Source of the DNA: an uncultured Gammaproteobacteria bacterium
Lineage (GTDB): Bacteria; Patescibacteriota; Patescibacteriia; S139-126
Direction of reading: 5' to 3'
DNA: 64,000 nt
Assembly (NCBI GenBank): GCA_964620905.1
Contig: CAZUKA010000001.1
Span: 298,589 to 362,588 of the forward strand
The notes under the pieces: model-generated
The model's input: only the letters and a program-made list of their open reading frames with translations
Database searches by the model: none
What the model was told of the DNA's origin: nothing
Program-made: the position numbers and the translations under genes
Part shown: positions 1 through 9,585 of the stretch, in pieces
How positions within the stretch are numbered: the first letter of the stretch is position 1
How the letters are laid out: the number at the start of each line of letters is the position of its first letter

Positions 1-384
1 ATCTATTTGTTTATTAAAATTAAAAATAGCCATAAGTCTCGTGGCTCCACCTTCCACTGGTGCTTCATAAATAACATCAGCCATTGCCAATCCACTCTGT
101 GGACGGGCTAAAGAATGATTATCATACATTACTGCTACGGGATAAGTGGAAGAAGCTAAGAAAAATGTTTCAATAGAATTTTTATTTTCTGATAACAATT
201 TATCTGTCTTGAAATTAGTCGCAACAATTTGTGGTTGTTGACGAGCAAAAATATAACTATTATTTGCAAGTATAACAAAACTACCAAAAACTACCCAAAC
301 AAAAAATCCCAAAAATAAAATAGCAATAATCTTATCTTTATAGATAAAAAATAAATCGTTAATTTTTTTGTTTTTTTTATTCAT
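1..384 (-). CDS. DUF3048/YerB-like membrane-anchored protein, partial (runs off window start; absent from ORF track)
   Basis: Manual translation from ATG 384: MNKKTKK, a TM helix, then AVMYDNHSLARPQSGLAMADVIYEAPVEGGATRLMAIF, the typical DUF3048 N-terminal motif. The start overlaps the stop of the upstream gene. Confidence 0.8.
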   Translation of the reverse strand, partial: MNKKNKKINDLFFIYKDKIIAILFLGFFVWVVFGSFVILANNSYIFARQQPQIVATNFKTDKLLSENKNSIETFFLASSTYPVAVMYDNHSLARPQSGLAMADVIYEAPVEGGATRLMAIFNFNKQID

Positions 385-880
385 AACGCATGATAGTATA
401 TCCGTTTGGTATCTCTTCGGTAAAATTATACTTGGGACAATTTCCCCGACCGTGATCCTCTTGATAGGTTTCAAAATTTATCAGTTGTAAAATATAATAG
501 GTATTCAAACAATCATAACTGCCAAATTCAAATTTTTTATAACGATAAAAATAATCAGTATTATTCAAGGGGTCTCTAAATTGACCAAGTACAATTTTTT
601 CCTGTCGTAAAATAGGTAGAAAATCCGAACGACTTCCATCCGGCTTAACAGTCATATCCCAACCCTGCCAATCATCATCAGTAACCTCAGGATAACTTCC
701 GTGTCGGTCATAATAAGTATCCAAAGCTTTTACAATCTGACTAAGATCGGCTTGACGTTTAGTATCCCTAGCTTTTGCCCGAAAATCTTCAAAGGCTATA
801 AAAAAAATAATAGTTAAACAAGCTACAATAATCAAAGCGAAGCTCTTACGCAGTTTATTTATACCTTTAGTTTGTAACAT
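377..880 (-). CDS. GspG/type IV pilin-like protein
   Basis: Hydrophobic helix followed by KARDTKRQADLSQIVKALDTYY...YP and a DP motif, typical of CPR pilin/GspG-like proteins. Confidence 0.7.
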   Translation of the reverse strand: MLQTKGINKLRKSFALIIVACLTIIFFIAFEDFRAKARDTKRQADLSQIVKALDTYYDRHGSYPEVTDDDWQGWDMTVKPDGSRSDFLPILRQEKIVLGQFRDPLNNTDYFYRYKKFEFGSYDCLNTYYILQLINFETYQEDHGRGNCPKYNFTEEIPNGYTIMRYE

Positions 881-942
881 ATATTATACCTATTTGGTGA
901 TAAAATATATTTATATTATATCACAAATTTAATCCAAAAATT

Positions 943-973
943 ATTCCGCCCCGATATATAATCGGGGCGGAAT
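943..973 (-). terminator. Intrinsic terminator after rplY
   Basis: Perfect 13-bp stem ATTCCGCCCCGAT/ATCGGGGCGGAAT just downstream of the rplY stop. Confidence 0.75.
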
Positions 974-992
974 TAAAAATTTTAAATAAAAC

Positions 993-1640
993 TTATTCTT
1001 TTGTTTCGCTTTCGGTTGAGGTTTCTTTTGTTTCCTCGATAGTAGCTTTTTCAGCATCGCCTTCAACCGGTACATTCTCTGGCTCTACCTCAACTCGCGG
1101 TTGTTGTACCAAACAGATTGGTACATCATCCTCTAATAAAAGTTCAATCCCATTTGGCCACTTGATATCGCCAACTAAGATCACTTTACCAAAATCATCC
1201 AAAGGACTAATATCAATTTCCATTTTAGCAACTAAATCTTTGGGTAAGCAACTAATTGGTACATGATTTAGACTTTTCACTAAAATACCCCCTAACTCTT
1301 TTACTGCTTTAGAAGTACCAATAAACTCCAAAGGTAATTCAGTTGTCAATTTCTCATCCATCTTAACCACATATAGATCAACATGCAAAGCTTGATCAGT
1401 TACTGCATCCAATTGTACATCTTTAATTAAAACATTAAATGGTTTATACTCATCAATTGTCAACATAATTAGATTACTTTCACCAGCTTGGTTAAAAAGT
1501 TTCTGAAAACTATTTTTGGGGATAATCACATGAGCATTTTTTTTACTATGACCATAAACTTCTCCCAATACAAACCCTTGCTCACGTAGGGTTTGGGGTG
1601 AAACATCTAATGGCCTGGTTTTTACTTTTAATTCAAACAT
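993..1640 (-). CDS. rplY: 50S ribosomal protein L25 (long CTC form)
   Basis: LREQG...VYG, VLIKDVQ.D.V....LHVD and CLPKDL motifs, acidic tail. ATG 1640 preferred over TTG 1655. Confidence 0.92.
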   Translation of the reverse strand: MFELKVKTRPLDVSPQTLREQGFVLGEVYGHSKKNAHVIIPKNSFQKLFNQAGESNLIMLTIDEYKPFNVLIKDVQLDAVTDQALHVDLYVVKMDEKLTTELPLEFIGTSKAVKELGGILVKSLNHVPISCLPKDLVAKMEIDISPLDDFGKVILVGDIKWPNGIELLLEDDVPICLVQQPRVEVEPENVPVEGDAEKATIEETKETSTESETKE

Positions 1641-1709
1641 ATTTATTTTTAACAATTACGTGCTATCTATATTAGCAAATAAACATAAGTAGTCAACCCC
1701 CAAATCCTA

Positions 1710-2798
1710 TCAACGGTCATGTACGTAAATGCTTTGAACCAACCCTAGGGCTAATAAAACTGAAACGATTGATGATCCCCCAGCTGAAACCAATGGTAAA
1801 GGCACACCGGCAACTGGCAAAAAGCCAACATTCATACCTATACTAATCATCATTTGTGAAAACAAATAAATCATCACCCCTAAAGCTATAAATTTACCAA
1901 AATCAGTTCGTGCTAACCGTAATGCTAATAATAAACGATAAAAAAAGAACAAATAAACAGCTAAAAATATAAAAGTACCCAAAAAACCAAAATTTTCCGC
2001 AACCACAGCAAAAATAAAATCGGTTTGTGCTTCAGGTAAAAAATCTAACTGCGATTGAGTACCAAAACCCAAACCTCGTCCCCATAGTCCACCCGAACCA
2101 ATAGCCACCTTGGCTTGAGTAATATTGTATGCTTCCCCTAACGGATCAGCAGTTTGATTGATGAAAGTCAAAATCCTGGTTTTTTGATAAGGTTGTAACA
2201 GATATTGCCAACTAACCAAAGCACCTACTAAAAAAAACAACACTAACAACAAATAATTCCAACGGCGCAAAGGTAAAAAAATAATCGCAACCAACCATAT
2301 TATAAATAAAATTAAAGCCGAACCTAAATCAGGTTGTTGAATGGTTAAAGCCATTAGCACAGCGGTAAAAAACCCAGAAATAAGTGTCAGCCGCCAAGCA
2401 TTATGATGACTAACTGAGCCAGAAAAAAATCTTGCTAAAAATATTATATACAAAACTTTAACAATTTCTATGGGTTGAATACTAATTGGACCAAACACAA
2501 ACCAAGCCTTAATATTTCTAATTTCTTGTCCAAAAAAAAGGACGGACACAAGCAAGATAACTGCAACAACATACGATAACCAACCATAATGCTGCCAAAC
2601 CCGATAATTACTGCGCATCAAGAAAAAATATCCACCCAAACCAACAACTATGGCCAAAATTTGTTTAGTAAAAAAAGCATTTTTACCAATCGAATCATCC
2701 AAACTAAAAAGAATTACCAAACCAAAAATCACTAAAACAAAAACAGCAGCCATAAGCAGCCAATCAGATTTAATTATTTTATTAAACCAAATTTTCAT
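1710..2798 (-). CDS. rodA: SEDS peptidoglycan glycosyltransferase RodA
   Basis: QP.E..K, QPDLGSA, AIGSGGLWGRG, FLPEAQTDFIFAV and GVPLPLVSAGGSS motifs. Confidence 0.92.
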   Translation of the reverse strand: MKIWFNKIIKSDWLLMAAVFVLVIFGLVILFSLDDSIGKNAFFTKQILAIVVGLGGYFFLMRSNYRVWQHYGWLSYVVAVILLVSVLFFGQEIRNIKAWFVFGPISIQPIEIVKVLYIIFLARFFSGSVSHHNAWRLTLISGFFTAVLMALTIQQPDLGSALILFIIWLVAIIFLPLRRWNYLLLVLFFLVGALVSWQYLLQPYQKTRILTFINQTADPLGEAYNITQAKVAIGSGGLWGRGLGFGTQSQLDFLPEAQTDFIFAVVAENFGFLGTFIFLAVYLFFFYRLLLALRLARTDFGKFIALGVMIYLFSQMMISIGMNVGFLPVAGVPLPLVSAGGSSIVSVLLALGLVQSIYVHDR

Positions 2799-2806
2799 CT
2801 ATAAAA

Positions 2807-3679
2807 TCAACGTATTATATTTGGCCCAGCAGGAACCAATCTAATATTATTCTCCGACAAAGAATCAGGAAAAACTAAAACTTCTGTTCTTAAACCTGTT
2901 ATAAAACTTTGTGGCCAGGAAATTTCAATCAAACGTTTTTCATTACTTCGCAAATCATTTACTAATAGAGAATATATCCCTACCAAACGACTACCTTGCC
3001 AAACTAAAAGTTGGCATTCAACAGCCCAAAAATTATGAGGCGAGACATTATTTAATTCAAAACTAAAACGAGTCTGTTTTGCTGCTGGATTGGTACTATC
3101 ATACTTAATATTCTCAGCTTTTACATTTGGTCGTAACCAACGATTGTTTTTATCAAGTTGTGAAGTCTCTCTTACTCTCTGCCACAACTGACGTTTAATA
3201 AAAAGTCGAGCCGAGGCAACTTGAGTATTTTCCGACAGCTGAAAATGAATTAGGTATTTTTTGTCACTTGGCAAAACACTAGTTACTCTAGGTTCGGTTG
3301 TTTCAGTTCCTAAAATATAATAATATTCAATTTCCTTAAGCCACCAACGGGAATTGGGATTTTCTACTAACGTCGACAAATCATAGCCACTAAGATCACC
3401 ACTAGCTAAGGTTTGACCAATCGTTAAAGGCAGAGGTGCAGTATCGTTTCTAATACGTTCATAGTCAATATTATTGGTTGTCAATTCGAAAAGCATCAAC
3501 CGGTGCTGCGGAGTCGAACTTATATATCTATATAATTGCCAACCCGCATTGATATAAACTGCCAACAAAGCCAAACACACTAAAACAAAAAACAACATTC
3601 TTAGTTGCAAACGGTGAGTTACCCACCAATAACTAACCGATAACTCTTTATTGGTCAATTGTCCATATTCATCGGTCAT
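2807..3679 (-). CDS. Hypothetical membrane-anchored protein with Ig-like extracellular repeats, cotranscribed with rodA
   Basis: One N-terminal TM helix and a beta-rich remainder; 8 bp from rodA. Confidence 0.6.
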   Translation of the reverse strand: MTDEYGQLTNKELSVSYWWVTHRLQLRMLFFVLVCLALLAVYINAGWQLYRYISSTPQHRLMLFELTTNNIDYERIRNDTAPLPLTIGQTLASGDLSGYDLSTLVENPNSRWWLKEIEYYYILGTETTEPRVTSVLPSDKKYLIHFQLSENTQVASARLFIKRQLWQRVRETSQLDKNNRWLRPNVKAENIKYDSTNPAAKQTRFSFELNNVSPHNFWAVECQLLVWQGSRLVGIYSLLVNDLRSNEKRLIEISWPQSFITGLRTEVLVFPDSLSENNIRLVPAGPNIIR

Positions 3680-3850
3680 ATTATTATTCTAAACCATTTT
3701 AAATTTTTTATGAAGTCAATACAAAATTGATACATAAAATCAGTCAACAACCCTGATTCTGTCTAGTCAACCTATCAAATCAAAAAAAGACTGGGGCTGA
3801 TAAAAAAAAACAATTATGCTATAATAAAATCAATAAAAATTAAAAATTAT

Positions 3851-4174
3851 ATGATTATTGAAACAACTAAAGATCTCTTTTGGTTATTATTTGGACTTTC
3901 CCTGGTTATTTTAACTCTATTTATCTGTTGGGGTATGTTTTACATGATTATGATGGTTAAAGATATGCGTGAGACTGTAAAAAATCTAAAAAGGAAGTTG
4001 GATCTATTAGAAGAATTTCTTACCACCGTTAAAGAAAAAATTTCCGACACTTCACTTTACTTAAAAACTATCTTCGAAACTTTCATCAAAATCACTGGTT
4101 GGTTTGAACAAAGAAAAAATTCGGTGACCGAAGAAGGTGGAAATAACAAGAAATCTCAATCTAGAAGAAAATAA
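3851..4174 (+). CDS. Small membrane protein (TM helix plus coiled coil)
   Basis: 107-aa ORF with TGCTATAAT upstream. Confidence 0.6.
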   Translation: MIIETTKDLFWLLFGLSLVILTLFICWGMFYMIMMVKDMRETVKNLKRKLDLLEEFLTTVKEKISDTSLYLKTIFETFIKITGWFEQRKNSVTEEGGNNKKSQSRRK

Positions 4175-4206
4175 CTAAGCTTTATTTTACTTGATTTTTA
4201 CAAATT

Positions 4207-4235
4207 TTGTCACTAAATGATTTTTGTTTTATAAT
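4207..4235 (+). promoter_or_regulatory. Sigma70 promoter of dnaE
   Basis: TTGTCA-17 bp-TATAAT. Confidence 0.7.
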
Positions 4236-4312
4236 TAAATACTAGCACAGATTAAAAACAGAGAAGGCAAAACCGCCCAATTGGCTCTGTTTTTTATTAT
4301 AAAATTAATTAC

Positions 4313-7300
4313 ATGAGTTTTGTTCACCTTCATGTTCATAGTCACTTTTCCCTACTTGATGGTTTATCAAAAATTGATGAACTAGTAGAGAAAGCCGTTT
4401 CTTACCACATGCCAGCCGTAGCTCTAACTGACCACGGTGTCATGTATGGAGCGATTGAATTTTATCAAAAATGCAAAAAGGCTGGTATTAAGCCCATTAT
4501 CGGTGTGGAAACCTATTTAGCACCCCTGAGCCGTTTTGATAAATCAAATTCGGAAAATAAATATTATCATTTAACACTGCTAGCCAAAGATTTTGTAGGT
4601 TACAAAAATTTGACCAAACTAGTAACTATCGGCCAACTGGAAGGTTTTTATTATAAACCCCGTATCGATTGGGAGGTGTTAATGTCACATGCAACCGGGC
4701 TAGTCTGCCTTTCCGGGTGCTTAAAAGGTGAATTATCAAGTTATCTAATTAAAAAAGATCTAATTGGTGCCAAAAAAATCATTACCAAATATATCAACTT
4801 ATTCGGCCAGGATAATTATTATTTGGAAGTTCAACACCATCCGGGAATTCCTGAACAAGCCCAAATCAATGAAATGCTTTTTAAACTAGCCAATGAATTT
4901 GGATTAAAAACTGTTGCCACCAACGACGTCCACTATTTATTAAGCGAGGATGCCGAAGCACACGATACTCTGATTTGCTTGCAAACCAAGAGCAAAAAAT
5001 TTGAGTCCAATCGTTTATCTTATCTTCATGATGATTTTTCTTTTCGCTCACCTCAAAGAATGTTGCAGGATTTTAGGGATCACCCCGAAGCTATTGAAAA
5101 TACTTTAGAAATTGCCACTAAATGCAACCTGGAAATACCTATGGGTGAATATTTACTTCCCCAATACGTTTTACCCAAAAATATTTCCCCAGAACAGGAA
5201 CTGAAAAAACTTTGTGAACAAGGTTTGCCACGACGCTACCCCGAACAATTTGACAATCCATCAATTAGAGAAAGATTAAATTACGAACTATCAATCATCA
5301 ATAAAACCGGCTTTGCTTCATACTTCTTGATTGTTCAAGACTTTGTTAATTGGGCAAAAAACAACGGTATCATCGTTGGACCGGGTCGTGGTAGCGCGGC
5401 TGGATCGATCGTCGCTTATTTGACCAATATCACCAATATCGATCCCTTGGCATATGATCTATTGTTCGAGAGATTTTTAAATCCCGATCGAATTTCTATG
5501 CCTGATATTGATTTAGATTTTGCCGATACCAGACGAGATGAAGTAATACATTATGTGGAAAATAAATACGGACATGACCACGTTGCCCAAATCATAACAT
5601 TTGGAACCATGGCTGCCAGAGTTGCAGTTAGGGATGTGGGACGCGTTTTGGGTTTTCCTTACTCTTATTGTGACCAACTGGCTAAACTAATACCAATGTT
5701 TACAACCTTAGACCAAGCTTTACAAGAAAGTTCGGAACTCAAAGAAAAATATACCAACGAAGAAGATACCCGGACAATTATAGATACGGCCAAAAAATTA
5801 GAAGGTATCTCACGTCATACATCAACTCATGCCTGTGGAGTAGTAATCACCCCACAACCACTTGTCAATTATTTACCATTGCAATACGCCGCTTCTGACG
5901 ATAAAACTATTGTTACTCAATACTCATTACACGCAGTTGAAGATTTGGGACTTTTAAAAATGGATTTTTTGGGTTTAAAAAATTTGACTTTAATTGAATC
6001 AGCCGTTGAAATTATTGCCAAAATACATAATCAAAAAATTGATGTAGAAAAAATACCCGTCAATGACAAAAAAACTTTTGCCTTATTACAAAAAGGAGAT
6101 ACCGCGGGAGTATTTCAATTGGAATCCAGCGGTATGCGTCGCTATCTGAAAGCCTTACTGCCCACTGAACTGGAAGACATTATTGCCATGGTCTCACTCT
6201 ATCGACCTGGTCCAATGGAATTTATTGAAGATTATATCAAAGGTAAACACGGTTTGAAAAAAATCTCATATATTGAACCAAAATTAGAACCAATCCTAGC
6301 CAAAACTTATGGCATAGCCGTTTATCAAGAACAGATTATGGAAATTGCCAGAAAACTGGCTCAATTTACTTATGCTGAAGCAGATGTCTTACGTAAAGCT
6401 GTAGGTAAAAAAATAAAATCATTACTTGATACTCAAGAGAAAAAAATGATCACTGGTATGGTGCAAAATGGCATTGCAGAAAAAACGGCCAAAAAAATCT
6501 GGGAATTCATCTTGCCCTTTGCCAGATACGGTTTCAACCGCGCCCATGCTGCCTGTTATGCTATGATTGCTTATCAAACGGCTTATTTGAAAGCCAACTA
6601 TCCAACTGAGTTTATGGCTGCTCTACTGACCGCCAACCAGAGTAATTTTGATCGGGTAGCCAAAGAAATTGAGGAATGTAAAAAAATGAACATCGCCGTA
6701 CTACCTCCTGATATCAATGAAAGCTATTCTACTTTTACTGTAGTCGCAGAAACTATTGGCAGCGAAAATCCGCGTATTCGTTTTGGGCTGACTGCTATCA
6801 AAAATGTCGGTTTAGGTGTAGTTAAAGCAATTATTAAAGAAAGGAAAAATAATGGTCATTTTAAAAATCTAACTGATTTTCTTTATCGCGTTCACAGTAA
6901 AGATTTAAATAAAAAATCTTTGGAATCATTGATTAAATCAGGCACGCTGGATACCTTCGGCGAACGAGAACAAATGTTAGAAAATTTGGAAAAACTTCTC
7001 CAATACAATAAATATGCTACAAATAATATTAACTCAAAACAAACAAATCTTTTCGGTCTAACCAGTCAACCCATACCACCTCTAAACCTAATTCCCGCTA
7101 CAAAAGAAGCAGATGATGCTAAAAAACTAGCCTGGGAAAAAGAATTACTCGGTCTCTATATAACTTCCCACCCTTTAAAAAGTCTGGCACCTTACTTAAA
7201 TAAAACCACTTTTAGAGAATGTAAAAATTTATCAGATCACTTAAACCAAATCATTCAAGTTGTCGGTATGATAGAAAAAATTAAAAAAGTTATCACTCGT

Positions 7301-7792
7301 AAAAACGAAACTATGTTATTTGTGACTTTTGCTGATCACACTGCCACTACTGAAGTGATCGTCTTCCCAAAACTTTACAAAAATTATCGTGAATTGTGGC
7401 AAGAAAGTAATATTCTGTTGATTAAAGGCAAAGTGTCAAATAAAGACAATGAACTAAAAATTATTGCCGAAGAAGCCAGAAAGCTGGATATAGAAAATAT
7501 CAAACTTAACCATACGAAAAAAAATGAGACACCAACTTCGACTTCCGGTCAAACTATTTTACAAATTATTCAGCAAAACAATAAACTACTACTACAGTTA
7601 CCTCTCCAAACCAAAGCTAAGTTAATTGATGAACTAAAAAAAATATTTCAAAATCATCCTGGCGATCAGCAGGTATTGCTAATTGTCAAACAAGAAAAAC
7701 AAATCAAAAAAATTGCTACTAATTTCTCAATTAGTTATAATGAAATAGTCAAACAAAAAATCGAGCTTGCTTGGCAAACTTATGGCCACTAA
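4313..7792 (+). CDS. dnaE: DNA polymerase III alpha subunit
   Basis: PHP domain HLHVHS..SLLDG, GPGRGSAAGS, PDIDLDF, KMDFLGL, YGFNRAHA, C-terminal OB fold. Confidence 0.98.
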   Translation: MSFVHLHVHSHFSLLDGLSKIDELVEKAVSYHMPAVALTDHGVMYGAIEFYQKCKKAGIKPIIGVETYLAPLSRFDKSNSENKYYHLTLLAKDFVGYKNLTKLVTIGQLEGFYYKPRIDWEVLMSHATGLVCLSGCLKGELSSYLIKKDLIGAKKIITKYINLFGQDNYYLEVQHHPGIPEQAQINEMLFKLANEFGLKTVATNDVHYLLSEDAEAHDTLICLQTKSKKFESNRLSYLHDDFSFRSPQRMLQDFRDHPEAIENTLEIATKCNLEIPMGEYLLPQYVLPKNISPEQELKKLCEQGLPRRYPEQFDNPSIRERLNYELSIINKTGFASYFLIVQDFVNWAKNNGIIVGPGRGSAAGSIVAYLTNITNIDPLAYDLLFERFLNPDRISMPDIDLDFADTRRDEVIHYVENKYGHDHVAQIITFGTMAARVAVRDVGRVLGFPYSYCDQLAKLIPMFTTLDQALQESSELKEKYTNEEDTRTIIDTAKKLEGISRHTSTHACGVVITPQPLVNYLPLQYAASDDKTIVTQYSLHAVEDLGLLKMDFLGLKNLTLIESAVEIIAKIHNQKIDVEKIPVNDKKTFALLQKGDTAGVFQLESSGMRRYLKALLPTELEDIIAMVSLYRPGPMEFIEDYIKGKHGLKKISYIEPKLEPILAKTYGIAVYQEQIMEIARKLAQFTYAEADVLRKAVGKKIKSLLDTQEKKMITGMVQNGIAEKTAKKIWEFILPFARYGFNRAHAACYAMIAYQTAYLKANYPTEFMAALLTANQSNFDRVAKEIEECKKMNIAVLPPDINESYSTFTVVAETIGSENPRIRFGLTAIKNVGLGVVKAIIKERKNNGHFKNLTDFLYRVHSKDLNKKSLESLIKSGTLDTFGEREQMLENLEKLLQYNKYATNNINSKQTNLFGLTSQPIPPLNLIPATKEADDAKKLAWEKELLGLYITSHPLKSLAPYLNKTTFRECKNLSDHLNQIIQVVGMIEKIKKVITRKNETMLFVTFADHTATTEVIVFPKLYKNYRELWQESNILLIKGKVSNKDNELKIIAEEARKLDIENIKLNHTKKNETPTSTSGQTILQIIQQNNKLLLQLPLQTKAKLIDELKKIFQNHPGDQQVLLIVKQEKQIKKIATNFSISYNEIVKQKIELAWQTYGH

Positions 7793-8933
7793 CAAAAAAA
7801 ATCAAATCAAACCTGCTATTTCCAAAGTCAATCGCCAGATTGCTATCGGTTTTGTTTTGGTCACTATTGTGTTGATAGTGATTATTGCTTATTTTTCTCT
7901 TTCCCAGGCAAAAATTATTATTACTCCTCCAATATTTGATATTACCCATTCCACCGAACTACAAATTTTACCAGAAGTGACTTCTACTTTAACTGGTTCC
8001 AATATTCTGCCAGGCGTAGTAACTTCTACAACTATTACTGTCTTTGATACCTTCATACCAAGCGAACAAACAAATACTGCCAATAAAGTAAGTGGAATGG
8101 CAACAATTATAAATAACTATTCACGCAATCAAACTCTAGTAGCCACTACTAGATTACTAACACCAAATAATCTTTTATTCCGTACTACTGAAACAATAGT
8201 TGTACCGGCTGGTGGTCAAACAAAAGTCAGAATTGAAGCGGACGAACCAGGAGAAGGCTTTATTATACCACCTACCACCTTTACTATTCCTGGACTTTGG
8301 GAGGGATTACAACAGTTTATCTACGCTACTACCGAAGAAGAATTAAACTTACAAACAAGCACGATAAAAAATATTACTTTGGCTGATTTAGAAAAAGCCA
8401 AAGAAATTTTACTTCTCCAAGCCAACAATCAAGCTAAAGCAGAAATCCTAAATCCTACAGATTATTATATTTTGACTGATGCCCAACTAATTTCAACCTC
8501 GTCCTCTGACCCTATTGGTTCCAATGTTGAACAATATACTATGAGTATCACTACTAAAGTTGATTTGATAGTTTTTAACAAAAATGATTTAGAAAAGGTA
8601 GTTGTCAATAATTTAAAAAACTCACTTACCAACAATCAAACCTATCTAAACCATGATCTGAACTCGCTTACTTACGAATTGCTTGATTATTCACTTTCCC
8701 CTCCTTCAGCTAGTATTAAAACCAGTATCAATGGTTTAGCTACCAATGATATTTTGGAAAATTTCAATAAAAAAGACATCTTAGGTTTTTCCGAAACTGC
8801 CATTAAAGAATATTTCCAGAAAAAATATAATATTTCCCAAATTGAAGTTGTTTTCTATCCAGCTTGGGTAAAATCTGTTCCTCCCCTAGCAGATAAAGTT
8901 AAAATAATTATAAATCTGCCACCGAATAAATAA
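7782..8933 (+). CDS. Membrane-anchored protein with baseplate J/gp47-like domain (CPR-type conserved hypothetical)
   Basis: TM helix, then QTLVATTRLLTP..LLFRT...VVP.GG...V.IEADEPG...I....FTIPGL pattern. Overlaps the dnaE stop. Confidence 0.6.
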   Translation: MATNKKNQIKPAISKVNRQIAIGFVLVTIVLIVIIAYFSLSQAKIIITPPIFDITHSTELQILPEVTSTLTGSNILPGVVTSTTITVFDTFIPSEQTNTANKVSGMATIINNYSRNQTLVATTRLLTPNNLLFRTTETIVVPAGGQTKVRIEADEPGEGFIIPPTTFTIPGLWEGLQQFIYATTEEELNLQTSTIKNITLADLEKAKEILLLQANNQAKAEILNPTDYYILTDAQLISTSSSDPIGSNVEQYTMSITTKVDLIVFNKNDLEKVVVNNLKNSLTNNQTYLNHDLNSLTYELLDYSLSPPSASIKTSINGLATNDILENFNKKDILGFSETAIKEYFQKKYNISQIEVVFYPAWVKSVPPLADKVKIIINLPPNK

Positions 8934-8944
8934 TTTCCCCTAAA

Positions 8945-8973
8945 TTGACAAAAATTACAAATATTTATAAACT
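8945..8973 (+). promoter_or_regulatory. Sigma70 promoter of the T-box leader
   Basis: TTGACA-17 bp-TAAACT. Confidence 0.75.
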
Positions 8974-8977
8974 AAAT

Positions 8978-9214
8978 GCACCGGCATAAGATTTTTGAAA
9001 AATCCTAAACAGAGAGAAAAAGCCCTGGGCTGAAAGCTTTTTCTAGGCTAATTTCAAATACTACCAACCGGGTTTCTGTTGGAACAGGAAAAAAATAAAT
9101 AGGTTTCAAAATGAGTGTCTCTATACCAAACATGGTTTAGAGAAATTCGGGTGGAACCGTCCTGAGCATAATCGAAGGACCCCGAAAACCAATGGTTTTG
9201 GGGATTTTTTATTT
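8978..9214 (+). ncRNA. T-box riboswitch (Thr-specific) with antiterminator and terminator
   Basis: AGAGA (9011) and GCTGAAA (9029) stem I apical motifs; ACC specifier at 9063-9065; antiterminator CGGG-TGGAACC-GTCC...GGAC-CCCG; overlapping terminator CCCCGAAAACC/GGTTTTGGGG plus T-tract; lies upstream of thrS. Confidence 0.9.
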
Positions 9215-9229
9215 AAAAAGCCCCTGAAA

Positions 9230-9517
9230 TTAATCAGGGGAAACAATTTGTTCCTTGTAGTGGACTTTACAAAACTTATTGATGGAAATATCTTCAATGA
9301 TGTTTACAATAACTTCAGCAGAAGTTTCTCCGATAACTTCAATGACATCATTGTCAACTTCCCAATTGGGACCGGGTAAAATTTTTACTACCACGTTGGG
9401 TAAATTGAGTGTTAAAATTTTTTTAATAGCTGCCCAAACCATGACACTGGTAGGCAAATTTTCTTTCAGAGCAAACATTAAACCGTCATTGGTTAAGAAA
9501 ATAGATTCAACAATCAT
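9230..9517 (-). CDS. Orphan hypothetical protein, antisense within the T-box-thrS interval
   Basis: SD AAGGAG (9525-9530), TTGACA-17-TATATT promoter (9592-9564) and its own terminator hairpin at 9221-9240. Confidence 0.7.
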   Translation of the reverse strand: MIVESIFLTNDGLMFALKENLPTSVMVWAAIKKILTLNLPNVVVKILPGPNWEVDNDVIEVIGETSAEVIVNIIEDISINKFCKVHYKEQIVSPD

Positions 9518-9585
9518 TTTTATACTCCTTTATTTATAGTTTAAAATGAACAATTAATTATATAATATAAATTAAATTTAAAAAT

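Noticed and set aside
3714-3770. Three AGTCAA (TTGACT) copies in the divergent intergenic region
   Set aside because: Irregular spacing (28 and 23 bp) of a 6-mer in AT-rich DNA; cannot be separated from chance or -35-like boxes.
4245-4290. GGCAAAACC resembling the c-di-GMP-I riboswitch P2 start
   Set aside because: The rest of the GEMM architecture (GNRA loop, receptor, second stem) is absent.
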